This document shows positions 26,501 through 40,740 of a stretch of 64,000 bases of DNA, piece by piece. The notes under the pieces are model-generated. The model was not told where the DNA came from. It saw nothing but the letters and a program-made list of their open reading frames with translations, and searched no databases. Position 1 is the first letter of the stretch, and each line of letters starts with the position of its first letter. The DNA comes from Chrysomallon squamiferum (Eukaryota > Animalia > Mollusca): the NCBI GenBank assembly GCA_012295275.1, contig CM022671.1:6076001-6140000 (forward strand). The letters are read 5' to 3'. Made by a program: the position numbers and the translations under genes.

Positions 26501-28764
26501 GAGAAAATAAACAGATTCTCTTAACTGCAAAGTTTAAAGAGTTTCTAACACATTCAACCATTCCCAGTTAATCAACACTGCTCTTGATTAAAATCATCCA
26601 GGTTTTAATTTTGAACACTGGATCTTTTTCAATCTTTTGGGTGGTTTAAAAAAATAAATAATAATAATAAAATAAAATCTGTATAATTTCATTGAATCAT
26701 TCAGCCAATTCACATTTGGTGTTATTCATTTCAGAATTTGTTTTAACAAAAACAAGACCCGAATTTAACAGAAAAGCCCAATATAAACAATTTGGAAAAT
26801 ACAAGTACCAAAATGTGAGTATTTATACAGACATAAAAACTAAAAATGTATGAACTTATTTAATCATATGTTTCATATTTTGCATATGAATTTCAAACAG
26901 TTATTCTGCAGGCTTCACAAAGATTAGATGTGTTGTTTCCAAATCAGAATACTACTTTTAGTTTTCAGGACATTCCATAGTATGTCTTTCATATAATTAA
27001 CACACATATTGTAAAATTCATTATAAGCAAAATAATAATTTACAAAAATAAATAAATAAATAAGTAAATAAATAAATAAATAAACTGAAAAAAAACATGC
27101 CTTTGTAAATAACAACAGTAAACAAACAAACAAAAATTTAATTAAAAAATTAAGATAGGTGAATGACATCTATCACAAACTTACTGCTTACTTTTGTAGA
27201 ATGTACAATAATAAAGTGAATAGATTAATGTATGTTCTACAAGTACATTTTTCTTTCTTGTCTTAAATATATATTTTTTAATATTTTAATAGAATTAACT
27301 GTCAACCCCAATTCCAAACATAATCATGTGTGTGTAGCAGTTTTGACATAATTCATATTTATTATACAAATATACATAATTCTGTCACATATTAAATATT
27401 TATAAGGACAAAACACGAATAAATTTGAAAACCAGGGTGTCGGTATTGGCTGAAACATCACTATCCATAATCATTAATCATAACACTCCCTGGTATGTCA
27501 AATATCTGATACAAGATTATGTCATACAGACATCAGTTATGTTAACTTGCTAGATGTGATCACTTGTAGCAGGAATAGCTAAATATTCACATTCATCTTG
27601 TTTACAGAACAAGCACTGTTCAAACTCACATTTCACCAAGCAATTCACTAAATATATCAAAGACTCTGACGAATATACATAAACATTTTAAAAGTTTTTA
27701 AATACTTTTTTTTTCAAACATATTTCAATATTTTCACAAACTATTCGGTGCTGCTTTGGCAAGCATTCTATGTGATCTACATCAAGCAAATTCTGCTCTG
27801 GTGTGTGATACACAGGCTTATTTTAATTATTTTGTTTATTCTTGGATTTGTATTAGTATTTGTCACGGCATAATTTTATCAATGAAATGAGTAAACATCT
27901 GCTAGAAATGCAAGAAAAAGATCTTCAGCATTCTTCATCATCTGAAGCCAACTGGAATAATCAAGATGTGATTGGAAGGTTTTGTGGTTCACTCCATTCA
28001 TCTTTTTCAAAATACAAATGTTTGAATCCAACTAAGTTCTTTCAACTGCTTGAGTATTGGAAATTTAGATGATTTAAATTGGAGCCTGCTGGCAATTCAT
28101 CAGAATAAATAACCAAATCATATATCTATTTCAAAAAGAAGTTTGCCTGAATGTGATGTTCTTATATATATGTATAATGCTTTAATCTTAAAGGATTTCA
28201 TGATCTTCCTCTTATCTTATAAACATTGCCTAGATATTTTGTTTTGCTGTAGACCACTCTTTAAGTTGTAGATCACATGCCAAAGTAGTTTTCATGATGT
28301 CTAGACGACAGGCCAAAGTAGCACCAACCATCTGATTATTCAAACATATCTTCAAATACATTGCATCACTTTTCTAAAATTATTTCATGTTTTGATCTTA
28401 ATATTTTGTCACCACTATGATTTGATTCTGGAAACAATGTGATTGCTGAATTGTGCTAACAGAACCATGCATTTGTTCTTTTCATCTGAAATTTTTATAT
28501 TTGTATCTTACTACATAAATTTATAAATGAATTTTGTATTTGACAAAAAGAAAACATCTGTTTTTGAGTAAACATTTAATTTCTGGTTAATATACATCTT
28601 TCTCCATTAATACTTTATTGATATATTAAATATATATATATATACATTTATTAAATCAAGTTCAGCCATTATTTAATATGGAAAAAAAAAAACCAGTTTA
28701 AATATACACTCATATCATATATAAAGCTAATAACCAAAATATAACCAGAAAACAAGCCCACCAA

Positions 28765-28850
28765 ACTTTTTTCTAATTAGCAGGAAAGAACTTCTATATG
28801 GCCCTTCTCACAGACAGGAAAGATATATCAAGGTTTTTGCAGATTAAGTG
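28765..28850 (-). mobile_element. Possible degraded SINE central-domain fragment in intron 1
   Basis: TTAGCAGGAAAGAACTTCTATATGGCCCTTCTCACAGACAGGA resembles, from memory and unverified, the reverse complement of a conserved mollusc SINE core. The 12-mer TTAGCAGGAAAG recurs at 38611. Confidence 0.35.
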
Positions 28851-30121
28851 GATAATAATCAAAAATGGGGCTCTTTTGAAAATATTTTGTTTCAGAAAAT
28901 TGTGTGCATGTTTCAGTTCAGTGCATGAATTTAAAAAAAAAAAAAAAAAAAGCTGAAATGAACTTCATACAAAGTTACAAATATAATCATGAAATAAAAC
29001 ATAAAGAGCAGCATCTGGAATGGGATAATGAGCACTGAACAAACGACTTACCCACTGATCAAACTGGCAACTAGGTGGCATCAGTGTACATCAAAAGTTT
29101 GATTTATGAATTTATGAAAACAGTAAATTTCTAATAAAAAAGTTATTATTAATTAATTTCATGCTGTCAAACACACACAGAAAACACAGCTGACACATTG
29201 CAGGGCAGTTTTATTGTTGTAATATTATTTTCTCACAAATATATCAATTTTTAAATATATTTCTATATGATTTATTTGTGTCATGAAACTTTCAATGTTG
29301 TTATAATAAATTTCAAATAACAGAATTTATACTGTTATTTTGTTTTATACATATGTTAACCGAATTATTTATGTGAAAACATTTTCAAGTTCATTTGTCT
29401 GTGTGGACATGTGCAGACATGACAATATAAAATGTATGCTAACTGCAAAGTAATTGCTGATACAGTGTACAATTAAGAAATTACTTCTGATGATGGATTT
29501 ATATAATCTGTTAATTCTAGTTCAGATACATCTACATTTCATAATAAATCTATAATAATAAAAATAATAATAATAATAATTATTATTATTATAATAATAA
29601 ATAAATAAATACACTAATTCAATAACTGTAATATTTATCTGAATTAAAAGCTCATTGCTTATAAACCCACTAAATAAGTTTTTCACTCCGACGATAAGGC
29701 ATTACATTCATTATTAATGATTAGTACGAGTGTGTGTATGTCACTATGTGCGTATGTATATATATATACAAAAAAAAAATAATAATAATAAATAAATATT
29801 TTTTTTTACAAATTTTTACAATAAATAAATAAACAAATGATTTTACAAATAATAAATAACATTCACTAAGCTATAAAATGGTCAAAAGTACTACCAAACG
29901 GTCGTAAGTAGACAAAAACGTCCAAAAGTTTTGTTGACAACAGACGAGACAAACACGTAGATCGACGAATGGTCGCTACACTGCATAGTGCGTACGTCCA
30001 AAAGCGGCCAAGTTTCGGCGCGTTTTAGGGAAGTACACCTTTGTTCGTAACTTGGCTCTTTCGCTCTATAACAACGTCTATAAAACCGAGAAAAGCTCTA
30101 CAAAGGCTGAATTGATCCTAC

Positions 30122-30133
30122 CTTTCTAGTCAT
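30122..30133 (-). CDS. Putative first coding exon (MTRK) of the large C2H2 zinc-finger/AT-hook gene
   Basis: Minus strand reads AAAA-ATG ACT AGA AAG|GTAGGA (donor GT at 30121-30120). It joins in phase 0 to the acceptor at 23538 and lies just downstream of a CpG-rich promoter. Intervening exons cannot be excluded. Confidence 0.6.
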
Positions 30134-30184
30134 TTTTGTCAGAGTGTCAATACATTCGAGATTGTTCCTGTTTAAAGGATAAAC

Positions 30185-30217
30185 TTATTGTGTCGCTGCG
30201 ATAACTCTGTCCTCCAT
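30185..30217 (-). promoter_or_regulatory. Upstream ORF MEDRVIAATQ* in the presumed 5' UTR
   Basis: GCC-ATG-G context at 30217, TAA at 30187-30185; 84 nt upstream of, and in frame with, the ATG at 30133. Confidence 0.5.
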
Positions 30218-30249
30218 GGCCGTGTTATTGACAGCTGAAGCACGGCGGA

Positions 30250-30315
30250 CGTGACGTCAGAGAAAGGAAAAAATGTTTTCGGCACCAATAGCTAAACAAA
30301 TGTGGGCGGGGCTTC
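30250..30315 (-). promoter_or_regulatory. Proximal promoter of the zinc-finger gene: CRE, CCAAT box and GC box
   Basis: TGACGTCA at 30252-30259, CCAAT at 30285-30289 and GGGCGGGGC at 30304-30312 cluster within ~60 bp, immediately 5' of exon 1 and inside a CpG-rich patch (~29690-30700). Confidence 0.7.
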
Positions 30316-33300
30316 AATGCTACATCTAATTATAATATGGAGATGACAATGTTCCCGTTTTAAAACAGATTATCACCATGGCGACATTCCAAAATATACT
30401 TTATTTATAAAGAGCAACTGAACAAATGAAATTAATATGGCATTGTAAAGGTATTAGCCATTATGTTTTAATTTAATACGGCAAATTAATAAAGGAAATA
30501 AACTTAAACAAACTGTTTGATTATGTTGGAAAATATTTAACACGCTGGCAAGAAATAGGTCAAGCTGTTTTGAAGCAGAGCTTTAACAACCGTGCTGGCG
30601 TTGTGCCAAGTTGTGATTGACAGACCACGGGCTCCAGACGGTGCATTTACCAGACGATATCTTGGATCATGACGTCATTATTTTGGAGTCAGACGAGCAT
30701 TTCTACATTAAACGAATAATAAGCAGACATGTTCCACATTAAATAAACACATTTGGAAAAGTGCCTGAAAGTTATTCGTGCTTTTCTCTAAAATAATTTG
30801 ATTTTAGTATTATTGATAACACAAGAACGAGCTGAAATTGGCCTTTAAAATGGTACTAAGATGTTTGTGATTGGCCAATTATTGCGAAAGTTAGCCATTT
30901 TCTGGTAAACTGGCAATTAAAGTAATCATGAGAATTAAACAGTTTGAAAAATAACATACCAAAAATGTTTGAGAACGAGGTACAAGCACACATTTAATCC
31001 AAAATTAACATCTAATCAAATAATAGTATTGAGATCTGGTTATCAAACACCAGACGATGTTTATTTACAATTTATACAGCCAAATTAGGTGATTTTCCCC
31101 GAAACAAAAAACCATTTCATCTCGATAGATTTTGATGACATTAAGTCACTAAAATTGTTTATTTCTGTAAAAAAAAAAAAAAAAAAAATTAAAAACAGAA
31201 CCTTAACCGTCGATGAGCTCTAGCTGGCCCTACTATAAATCTCAGTTAAAAAGGGCAAGTTCTGCTAAACCAACTGACACTAAGATTCACATGCATGCAG
31301 AAAAAATATGCTAGCCAAACTGAACATAGGATTCCAAGAAAATTTTAATCATTTTCGTGGGTAGACAGTTAGGTTTTTTAAACAATTATTTTCAGTACTG
31401 AGTATTATTGTTCGCTTGAAAATTCTTCTCAGATGAAAATAAAGCTACTGTGGTAATCATGGGCAAAGTGTGGTCTACCTCATGAAAGTGTTGGCTTTAT
31501 CCATTATTGCAAGTTTGGTCAGTTAATACAGTTCAAAGATAGTCACTAACGCTCGCACCAAAAAATGTCGGTCAGTGTTTTGCAGAAGAACGCGATCTCA
31601 TATTCAGTTATCTATAATCTGTTAATGAACAAACAACAAAACAAAAATACGTCAAATAAATTATTTGTTGTTAGTATTGCTGTTTGAATAAGTATATAAA
31701 TACTTACAAATAACTCTATGCAAAGAAAGCTCTTTATCATTGTAGTTGATTTTAGAAAAACATGTTATGTATTCAAAATGCCGTTACAGTTTTAGTAAAA
31801 AATTACGTCATTTCCGCTGTATCATAACCTTCAAGTCATGGCTGAATTTTATTTTCTTGTTTCGTAAGCAGACTGAAGAGTATACGACGTCATATTTAAA
31901 AATAGCAACAATAAACAAAAAATGTAATAAAGAAAGAAAGAAACTAATAAATAAATAAATACAAATATGTGACATTAGAGAAAACACTGGTTACTTTACA
32001 ATGAAGATTTCTCACTGTGCCGGATTTAGGAAAAATTCTTCACACCACTTTGAATTCTACAGTAAACCAGACTTTTATTCTGTATATCACTGAAATATAT
32101 TCACTGGTGCTTTTATTTGGCGTAATTTCTTCCACTATTTTCTTTATTTTCTTCTTCTTATTTAAATGTTTTCTTCTTCTGCGAAGGTTTTGGAGAAATA
32201 AGCCAAACAGCAGAATAGATCTATTGTTATATTGCATTGGTTATTCATTTTTTTTAAATTATTATTGTATTGTATTTATTCATTTACTTTTAATGAAAGG
32301 TTTTATTCGGTAAACTGATCTGAGATTATCTCCTTATAAATTTGTATTTATTTGTTTGTTTGTTTGTTTGTTTGTTTGGTTGGTTGGTTGTTGTTTGTTT
32401 TGGATGTTAATTATTTAAAACAAAACAAAATTAGTCTAAACTTTTCAGTTATACAAACATACAGAAATCAAAACAAGTATAAGGTTTTAAGAACGATAAT
32501 AATTTACAAAACTATCCCTCGTCAGAAGTATGTGTTACTAACACAGGAAGCACACACGATGTGTTTGAACAACTAATGACCAAATACAGAAATAAAGAAG
32601 GAAAGAAAGAAAGAGTAAATTTGGCTCTGTTTGATGACGTCACGTGTTGGGAATACTTTTATATGTTAATTTATCCCAGGCTTGTCGACAAGATGATCGT
32701 GTTCTGTTATAAGCAATAACTATCTTACTTACTTACTTGCTTGCTTACTTACTTACTCAACTTCTTTCTTTCTTTCTTTCTTTCTTTATTTAACTTATTC
32801 ATTTATAACCAGTTATCGTCTGCTAAATGTGCCGTGTGCATATATATTTATAATAAATATTATAATATTCGACGAAAACATGCCGAGAAAATGTGAATAT
32901 TCATGAAGGTAAGTTCAATGTTTAATTCAGCACAATAGGTTTTTATCATGCGGCTTAACGCTGCTCTTAATCTTTGGACTTGTAACCGGTTTTAGCCGCC
33001 TTAGCTGTCAAACAGGTTTTAGTCACAAAATTCTTGCTGTTCTAACCATGTATATAATCACACACACATGAATCTGTATATGGATGGGTGTGGATGTGTA
33101 CATTCTTACTGTTCTTTCCATTCATTACACACCCACACACACCCACACACATACATATATTTGTATGGCTTTGGATGTGTACATAACAAAAATAAAGATA
33201 AAATAGTTTCTTTTAATTAAATAAAGATAAAATAGTTTCTGAAATTTACCAAATTTATCAAAACTTGAAAAATTTATTTCGTTGTCCTTGATAACTCTTG

Positions 33301-34205
33301 TTAAACTACGAACAGAAAGACAGACAGACAAACACATTGACAAAAGGCAGATGATTACAGAGATACGTATGCACATATTGATCCGGAGATCTAGATATAC
33401 AGGTAGCAGAGACACATATATATGCAGACTGACAGACAGACGGAAAGGGTGATGTAGACGGAAAGATAATCAGATTATTCACATTAGAAATCATCTTGTG
33501 AAAACGTTATATTATGATGATAATGATGAATAAACACACAAAATAAAATAATAAAATAAAATAAAATAAAAAAGAATAAAACAAAATAAAATAAAACAAA
33601 ATAAAATGAAATAAAATAAAATGAAATAAAATAAAATAAAATAAAATAAAATAAAATAAAATGGAATAAGATAAAAATAAATAAAAATAAATAATGGACT
33701 GGCAACATAATAAGACCACGTGTATTTCTTAACACTTTTTAATCAGTAAGTTATTTTTACAGTTACCGTGTCTTCTCATTTCAACTGTATACAAGTTCAA
33801 CACGACTGAAATAATTGATATTAATTAGGATTTAAAATAATCAATAAATTCTGCCGGAAATCTGTTTTAGAGTTTTCATGCATGACGGGAGAAAAAGAAA
33901 AGACACGACGGTTTGGATAACAATGGATAAAGAATACATTTTTTATTCAATAAAGAAAAGAAAAAGAAAAAGAAAAAGAAAAGTTAAACGAGAGGAAATA
34001 TGGATTAAAAAGAAGAAAAGTGGTAAGAAACAAAAAAGTAAGAGAAACGAAAAGAATAACAAAAATCTCATTCATGTTTTGAAATTAATTTATATTGATA
34101 TTAGTAGATTATAAAGTGGATTATGCTGCGAATATATAGGTTAGATTAACATGATATCTTCTGTCATTATCACACAGATAATATGTATATATATATATAT
34201 GAGTC

Positions 34206-34251
<46 letters not shown>

Positions 34252-35809
34252 CATACATACATATATACACACACACATACATACATACATATACATAGAT
34301 ACATACACACATACATACACATACATACATACATACATAGATAAATACACACATACATACACACACATACATACACACATACATACATGGATACATACCG
34401 AGAGAGGGTAAAACAAAATAAAATAAATAAACTTGAAAAACTGAAAAAATAAGAATCCAGAAATGCATAATTAAGCAAATAAATAAATAAACAAAACATA
34501 TTAGCTATTTTTGAAATGTGAATAAGCAAAATATAAAGATTTTATTGTGATCTGATAAACAAAGAATCATAGAAACAAATAAACGAACACACGAACAAAC
34601 TAACAAACAAAAAACAAAATAAGTAAAAAGCTAACATCAAAGAGAAAGAAAGAAAGAAAGAAGACAAAAAGAAAACAACTCACTATTTTAGCGAATTCTT
34701 GCTTATGAAGCAGCTAGGTTAAGCAATATTTAATTGTACCCGAGACGACAAATGTTAATTTCATTTCAGAAGTTCCCAAGTGAAATGATGTCACATCTGC
34801 TAGGCAGACGACGCTTTCAACATACGTTTGCTGTGAGTCAATTTGAAGTAAGCGGTGAATCTGCGTTTAATTACAATTAAATTATTTTTGATGGCGAAAA
34901 ATGGCGGGGTGCTCACTGAAGAAGCTGAAATAAAAAGCAACGTCGACCGATGCACGGTATTACTGCAGGGAAGTTAAATGTAATAAAATATTCACTTCAA
35001 ATGCAGAGAGCGAATTATTTTATGGTGTTGATTTCGACATTTTAAGATGAAAATTGGTAAACTAATTTATTCTGAATTAAAATAGTTATAAATCCCTTCA
35101 ATATGATATACCGTTCTGATATATCCATATAAAGGTAATTGTTCGTCGTCATTTTCATAAAATCATTTCACTCGTAAAGAAAGGATGCTTATTTCCGAAA
35201 ATTTCTTTTTTTAATTTTAATCTTTCCTTGCATTTCCGTCTCTCAAATAACATAAATTTAGTTCAGTTGTCTTAAGCTGAAAAAAGTGTTTATGTATTTC
35301 TATGCGGTTTTTTGATGGAGTTTTGCGATTTTTTTTTTTTTTTTTTATATGTGTATGTGTTTTGTAATTTATTTTATAGTATACATTAGAGGTTAACTTG
35401 TCTGTCTGTTTCTCTAAACTCTCTTTCGACCTGAGGTTTCAACAAAAGGATATGGAAATAAAATGGTAATGACATAGCTAAACCCTTTTGGTACAAAAAG
35501 CAAACAAACTGATTGAGAAGGAATACCAGTTTTTTTAATCACAGGTAGACATGTTTATTTCTGATACAAACATAAAGGAGTCAACTGAATGAAAAGTAAA
35601 AACGTTTTCCAGAGGAATAACCAATTAGAGCATTGTTTACAGACGCTCAAACACAATCCAGAAACACTACACTGAGCATGCGCGTGTCTCCCTTTACTTC
35701 CTTTCTGACAACTAATTGGTTATGGTCTAGACAGGCAACGCACCTTGCATATTTTTGACTCTTCGTGTTTCAGAGACAAAATTTGCAACAAACACAACGG
35801 GACCTGGTT

Positions 35810-35893
35810 GATGTGTTCGGTACTCAGGTTTATTTTCAGTGGTTGAAGGAATTTCGGTTTACAGATGGTTCAGTGTTTAGGAGTTCCACTGTA
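35810..35893. mobile_element. Possible right end of a pogo/Tigger-like MITE relic
   Basis: Ends in ...GAGTTCCACTG-TA (reverse complement TA-CAGTGGAACTC), a typical pogo-type terminus with a TA target. No matching left end was found. Confidence 0.25.
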
Positions 35894-37500
35894 TTTAAAA
35901 AATAATTTTACATTTACGTCTGAAATTTTATTTTTTGTATATTAATCCCGTAATTACTTATCAATTTAGCTTCCATGACGATGATATGAATGGTATAAAA
36001 ATAACAAAAATACTATCAGTATGCGAAATAAAATTTCTTTCTTTTAAAAAAAAATTAAAAAGAAATTCAGTAAGCTTGAGTACGTCCACCATTAATACAC
36101 AGGTACGATATCAGTGGACAGAAAAAGTGGACACACCCATATTTCAGAAACAAAATGTGACATTATCAGGAAGAAAGTACCAGATTCATTATAAAAATAA
36201 TAAAAAATAAATAAAATGCACTTGCTTTCACCTAGGATATACAAGACCGACACCATCACACCATAAAAAAACCCAAAAAAAAACAAACAAACAAAACAAA
36301 AACAAGTTTAAAAATTAAAAAAACAATAACAACACAAAACAAAAGCAAAGAACAACAACTCACAAACAAATAAATAAACAAACAAACAAACACATAAACA
36401 AGTGAACAAATAAATAAATAAATAAATAGGATTTTTTTAGTCCTATTACGCATTTATTATACTGATAAGGTGACGTTTATAAGGTGATATTTTTTATTAT
36501 TATTGTTGTTGCTGCTATTGTTATTATTATTGTTATTATTATTACTATTGATATTGTTATTGTTATTAATACTACTACTACTGGCATTGATTTTGGTATT
36601 AATACATATATTGTCGTTGATGTTATATGTTGTCATCATCATCGTCATCGTTGTTATTATTATTATTATTATTTTTATTTATTTATTTTTGTATATATGT
36701 TATCTTATAAGTATATCATAATTCGGATATCTGTTGTTTGTTTGTCTGTTTATTCTTAATTTTTTTTACAGAGAATGCATTCATTTCTTTATTTATTCAT
36801 TAATTCATTCATTTGCAGTTTTTTGTAGGGCAATCTTTAATTTCTTTCTTTTTTTTCTTATCTTCCTTTCTTTCGATATTTATTTATTTATTGTTCAATT
36901 TTTTTTTTCTATTATCTTCCTCAGTTACTTTTTGTTTGCTTGAATTTGGTTGCTTTTTTATTTATTATATTTATTATTATTATTATTTATTTATTTGTTT
37001 ATTTTGTTTATTTTTTTTTTTTTTTTTTTTTCACTTGTGACATAAGTGTTTCACTATCACGAGTAACAAAATGGAAAACCTGGATTAACCTAATTCACAT
37101 TTGTGAAAATGTACACAGTAATCATAAAGAATCAAAACCGAAAAAGAAATTCAACCAAACTAATTACCTCCCACACCCAAATTAAGTAAATTTATGTCGT
37201 AAATACTAAACACAAAATTAATATTAATAAAACTTAACAAATTATAAAAAAAAATAAATAAATATATATATATAATTAAATAAAGAAACAAACAAACAAA
37301 TAAACATACATTATAAATAAATAAATAAAAAACACAGAATGCACTTATGTTTTTAACAATAAACTATTAAATGTGTTTCATTGTACTTACATACTCTAGC
37401 CTCTCGAATTCAGGATATATTGAGAGAGAAAGCGGAAGTACAAGTTACTATAACAATTTACTACCGTGCTGCTGAAAAACTACACTAATTATAATCAAAC

Positions 37501-37503
<3 letters not shown>

Positions 37504-37589
<86 letters not shown>
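37504..37589. repeat. (GA)n microsatellite
   Basis: Pure dinucleotide tract. Confidence 0.97.
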
Positions 37590-37592
<3 letters not shown>

Positions 37593-39245
37593 CTACGTAT
37601 ATACATTCAAGCATATACATTGTGTGTGATGTGTGTGTTGGGTTCATACATGCATCAGACACATACAGCCTCATTAATAGTGTACTGGAAGATGATATAT
37701 AATTTATTTATTTATTTATTTATTTTGTTTTGCGATAACATTTTCTACTTAAAAACGTATACATAAATGAAATTTCGATCAACCTATGCTGTTTGCATGC
37801 GCGCGTACATGCATGTGATAGATTATGCAAGATCGTGTGAAACAATTTTCCTGCAGATGATCATGATTGCTCTCTCTCACCTGTCATATCTGTTTGTCTG
37901 TTTCTTCGTCTCTGTCTGTTTCTGTGTCCGTCTTTCTGTCTATCTGTTGGTTTGTCTGTCTGCCTTTGAACTTGTATGTCTCTCTCTAGCTGTCGATGTA
38001 AGCATAAAGATTTCTATGAGTTTAAAATACATGTGATATAAAACAGCTCAATTACTTTCATTCTCGCTGCTGTGCGTTTTTTCACGTATTTCCCTGGCTG
38101 CCTGCTGAGGGTAAATGAAAAAATAGAATTTTGTGAATCTCATCATGCAGATAACTCGTAACATGCTGGTAAAGCCAGCATGAGAACTTTGAAACGTTTT
38201 AATAACGACGACTACACCACCAACAACAACAATAACAACAACATCAACAACAGATGTGATAACAATGACGATGACCACGACTACGACGATGATGACGTCG
38301 ATGATGATGATGCCAACCTATATTAGGTGAAGAAGATTATTAATTCTGAGACTGAAATTGAAATGATCTGGTAAAGGAATTTGATGTCTTGTTATTTTCT
38401 CAAAACTGATTTACAAACTGATCAAACATACTTTATTTTTGTACTCAGTCTGCTTAAACTATCAGTTGTACTGGTCACTACTTGCTGACCCTGTAACTGG
38501 TCACTTCTTGTTGACCTTGTAACCGGTCACTTCATCTTGGAAGGAAAACAAAATGTCTGAACAAATTAGGACTACAATGCAATTTATATGTGGCTATGAA
38601 CTGTATTCAGTTAGCAGGAAAGGATTCTTTGTTACATCACACAATTGCGTAGTCCTTTCATTACACTCCACAGTCGTGGTAGTATACACCATTAGCCTGG
38701 CATGAGAATGACGTAGTGGCCGATCATGCGTCAGCATCGGATCTTGTTTAATGCTTGCTGGTCCTTCAGAACGAATAACTCAACAACCAACCTTCCAGTT
38801 ACATTCAGCTTGGAACAACAAGCTTTACAGCGTGACCTAACATCATCCACCTCGAACTTCACTTTTCACCTACTGTAACAAACTGTTTTCTTAAAGAGGT
38901 ATATTAGCTACATACTGACTTCTTAATGAATCAGGTAGGCTTGAAGGTGTTTTTGTGACTCATACAGCGACAAACCTTCTTTAGTTAACTTTTGTTCGCT
39001 TTCACAAGGTTAGTTGTTATTATTATTATTATTAGCAAGTCTGGAAGTCTGGATGACAAACTGCAGTCGGCAAGTGGTTGGGTGACTGGTGGTTAGCAGT
39101 TATCATGATCGCGAATGATTCAAACATTCTTGAATCTCGTCCAACATAAATGCATATAACAGAGAGTACAGTGCTCCTTATAAGATCAGACAAGACAAAA
39201 CTTAAAGTGTCACAAAATATGTAAATGTCAACACTTACACACACA

Positions 39246-39354
<109 letters not shown>

Positions 39355-40617
39355 ATCCTTCATATCACTGATTCATACACAGTCTGTATAATCGTTACCA
39401 TTTAGCAGTGAATTTTGTCACCAGGATAATTAAACAGTAATTAAATACTATTTCGCTTGTCAAGTTTTAAACATTTAACGCTTTGTTCGTTTTAAAACGT
39501 CGTCCGTCTTGCAGACGTCACGTGATCTCATTTGGAATATTTGTACCAGGAAATATACATCGTAACTAGGCAACGTCTTTACACAGCAAACAAAATTTCT
39601 TTTGATGAACCAATTATCAACTATTACTGCAACTATAAAACTACTACTGCTGGTACAACAACTACTAGTACTCTTACCTCTACTACTACTACTGTTATTA
39701 TCATTAGTATATCATGATTATTATCATTAGTACAATAATTATTATTGCTATTGCTGCTACTACTACTACTACAATAACTATTATTGCTATTGCTATTACT
39801 ACAACTATCATGATTATCATTAGTACAATAATTATTATTGCTATTGCTACTACTACTACTGCTACTACTACTACTACTATTATTGCTACTGCTACTGTTA
39901 CTACAACTACAACCAGTTAACTACCACTCCTGCAACTAATTATAGCAATAACGTTCTGTTGTACGTCTCGACTCCCGCTATTATTAATTTTCGGAAACCT
40001 CTTCCTTTTAATATTATTAATGGAGGAAGGATATCAATTTTCGTAACATGCGTTCGTTAAAATAACGTTTCCTACAGTCGGTGGCCTGTAAGTCATAAAA
40101 TACTGTCTTTGTGTAGACGCTACAGTCAGTAGCTTGCAGACGAAAATGATTAAAATCTGAAAAGCAAAGACGAAACACGGAGAAATGGCTGAACTCCGGA
40201 TAGATATTTCCTCCAGGGCTAACCTAGACTTTACTCTAGTCCTTAGTGTATCGAATTCCTTCGTCTGCTTTTAAAATGTCGATATTGTCTTCGATAAGCT
40301 GCAGTCAGAATATACGAGAGCGCCGTATCTTGTTAGTGCAGACAGGCTTAATAAAATGTACATCAAATATAAATGTGTATCTGTGGTGATAATATTATAA
40401 TGGAAATATTAATGAATATAACTAACTAAATAAAATAAAATAAAATAAAATAAAACTGCTATGTGGCGTATGTAAAATATGTTTATAACTTACGGAAACA
40501 GACCAAATACATCAGCATAAATTATGGTAATTAAGTATAAAATTTCATATATAAAGAATACCATGTTTTAATAAGTGTACTGCAATGGTTTGTTTTAATT
40601 TGATTTGTTTACTTTAT

Positions 40618-40644
40618 ACCACTACCACCACCACCACCACCACC

Positions 40645-40719
<75 letters not shown>

Positions 40720-40740
40720 GTTACTACTGTTACTATTATA
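40618..40740. repeat. Compound (CAC)n(TAC)n microsatellite
   Basis: Direct inspection. Confidence 0.95.

Noticed and set aside
27860-28072. 70-aa ORF faintly reminiscent of a piggyBac C-terminal helix (SRHNFINEMSKHLL)
   Set aside because: No catalytic motifs, cysteine-rich tail or TTAA ends; the similarity is too weak to call.
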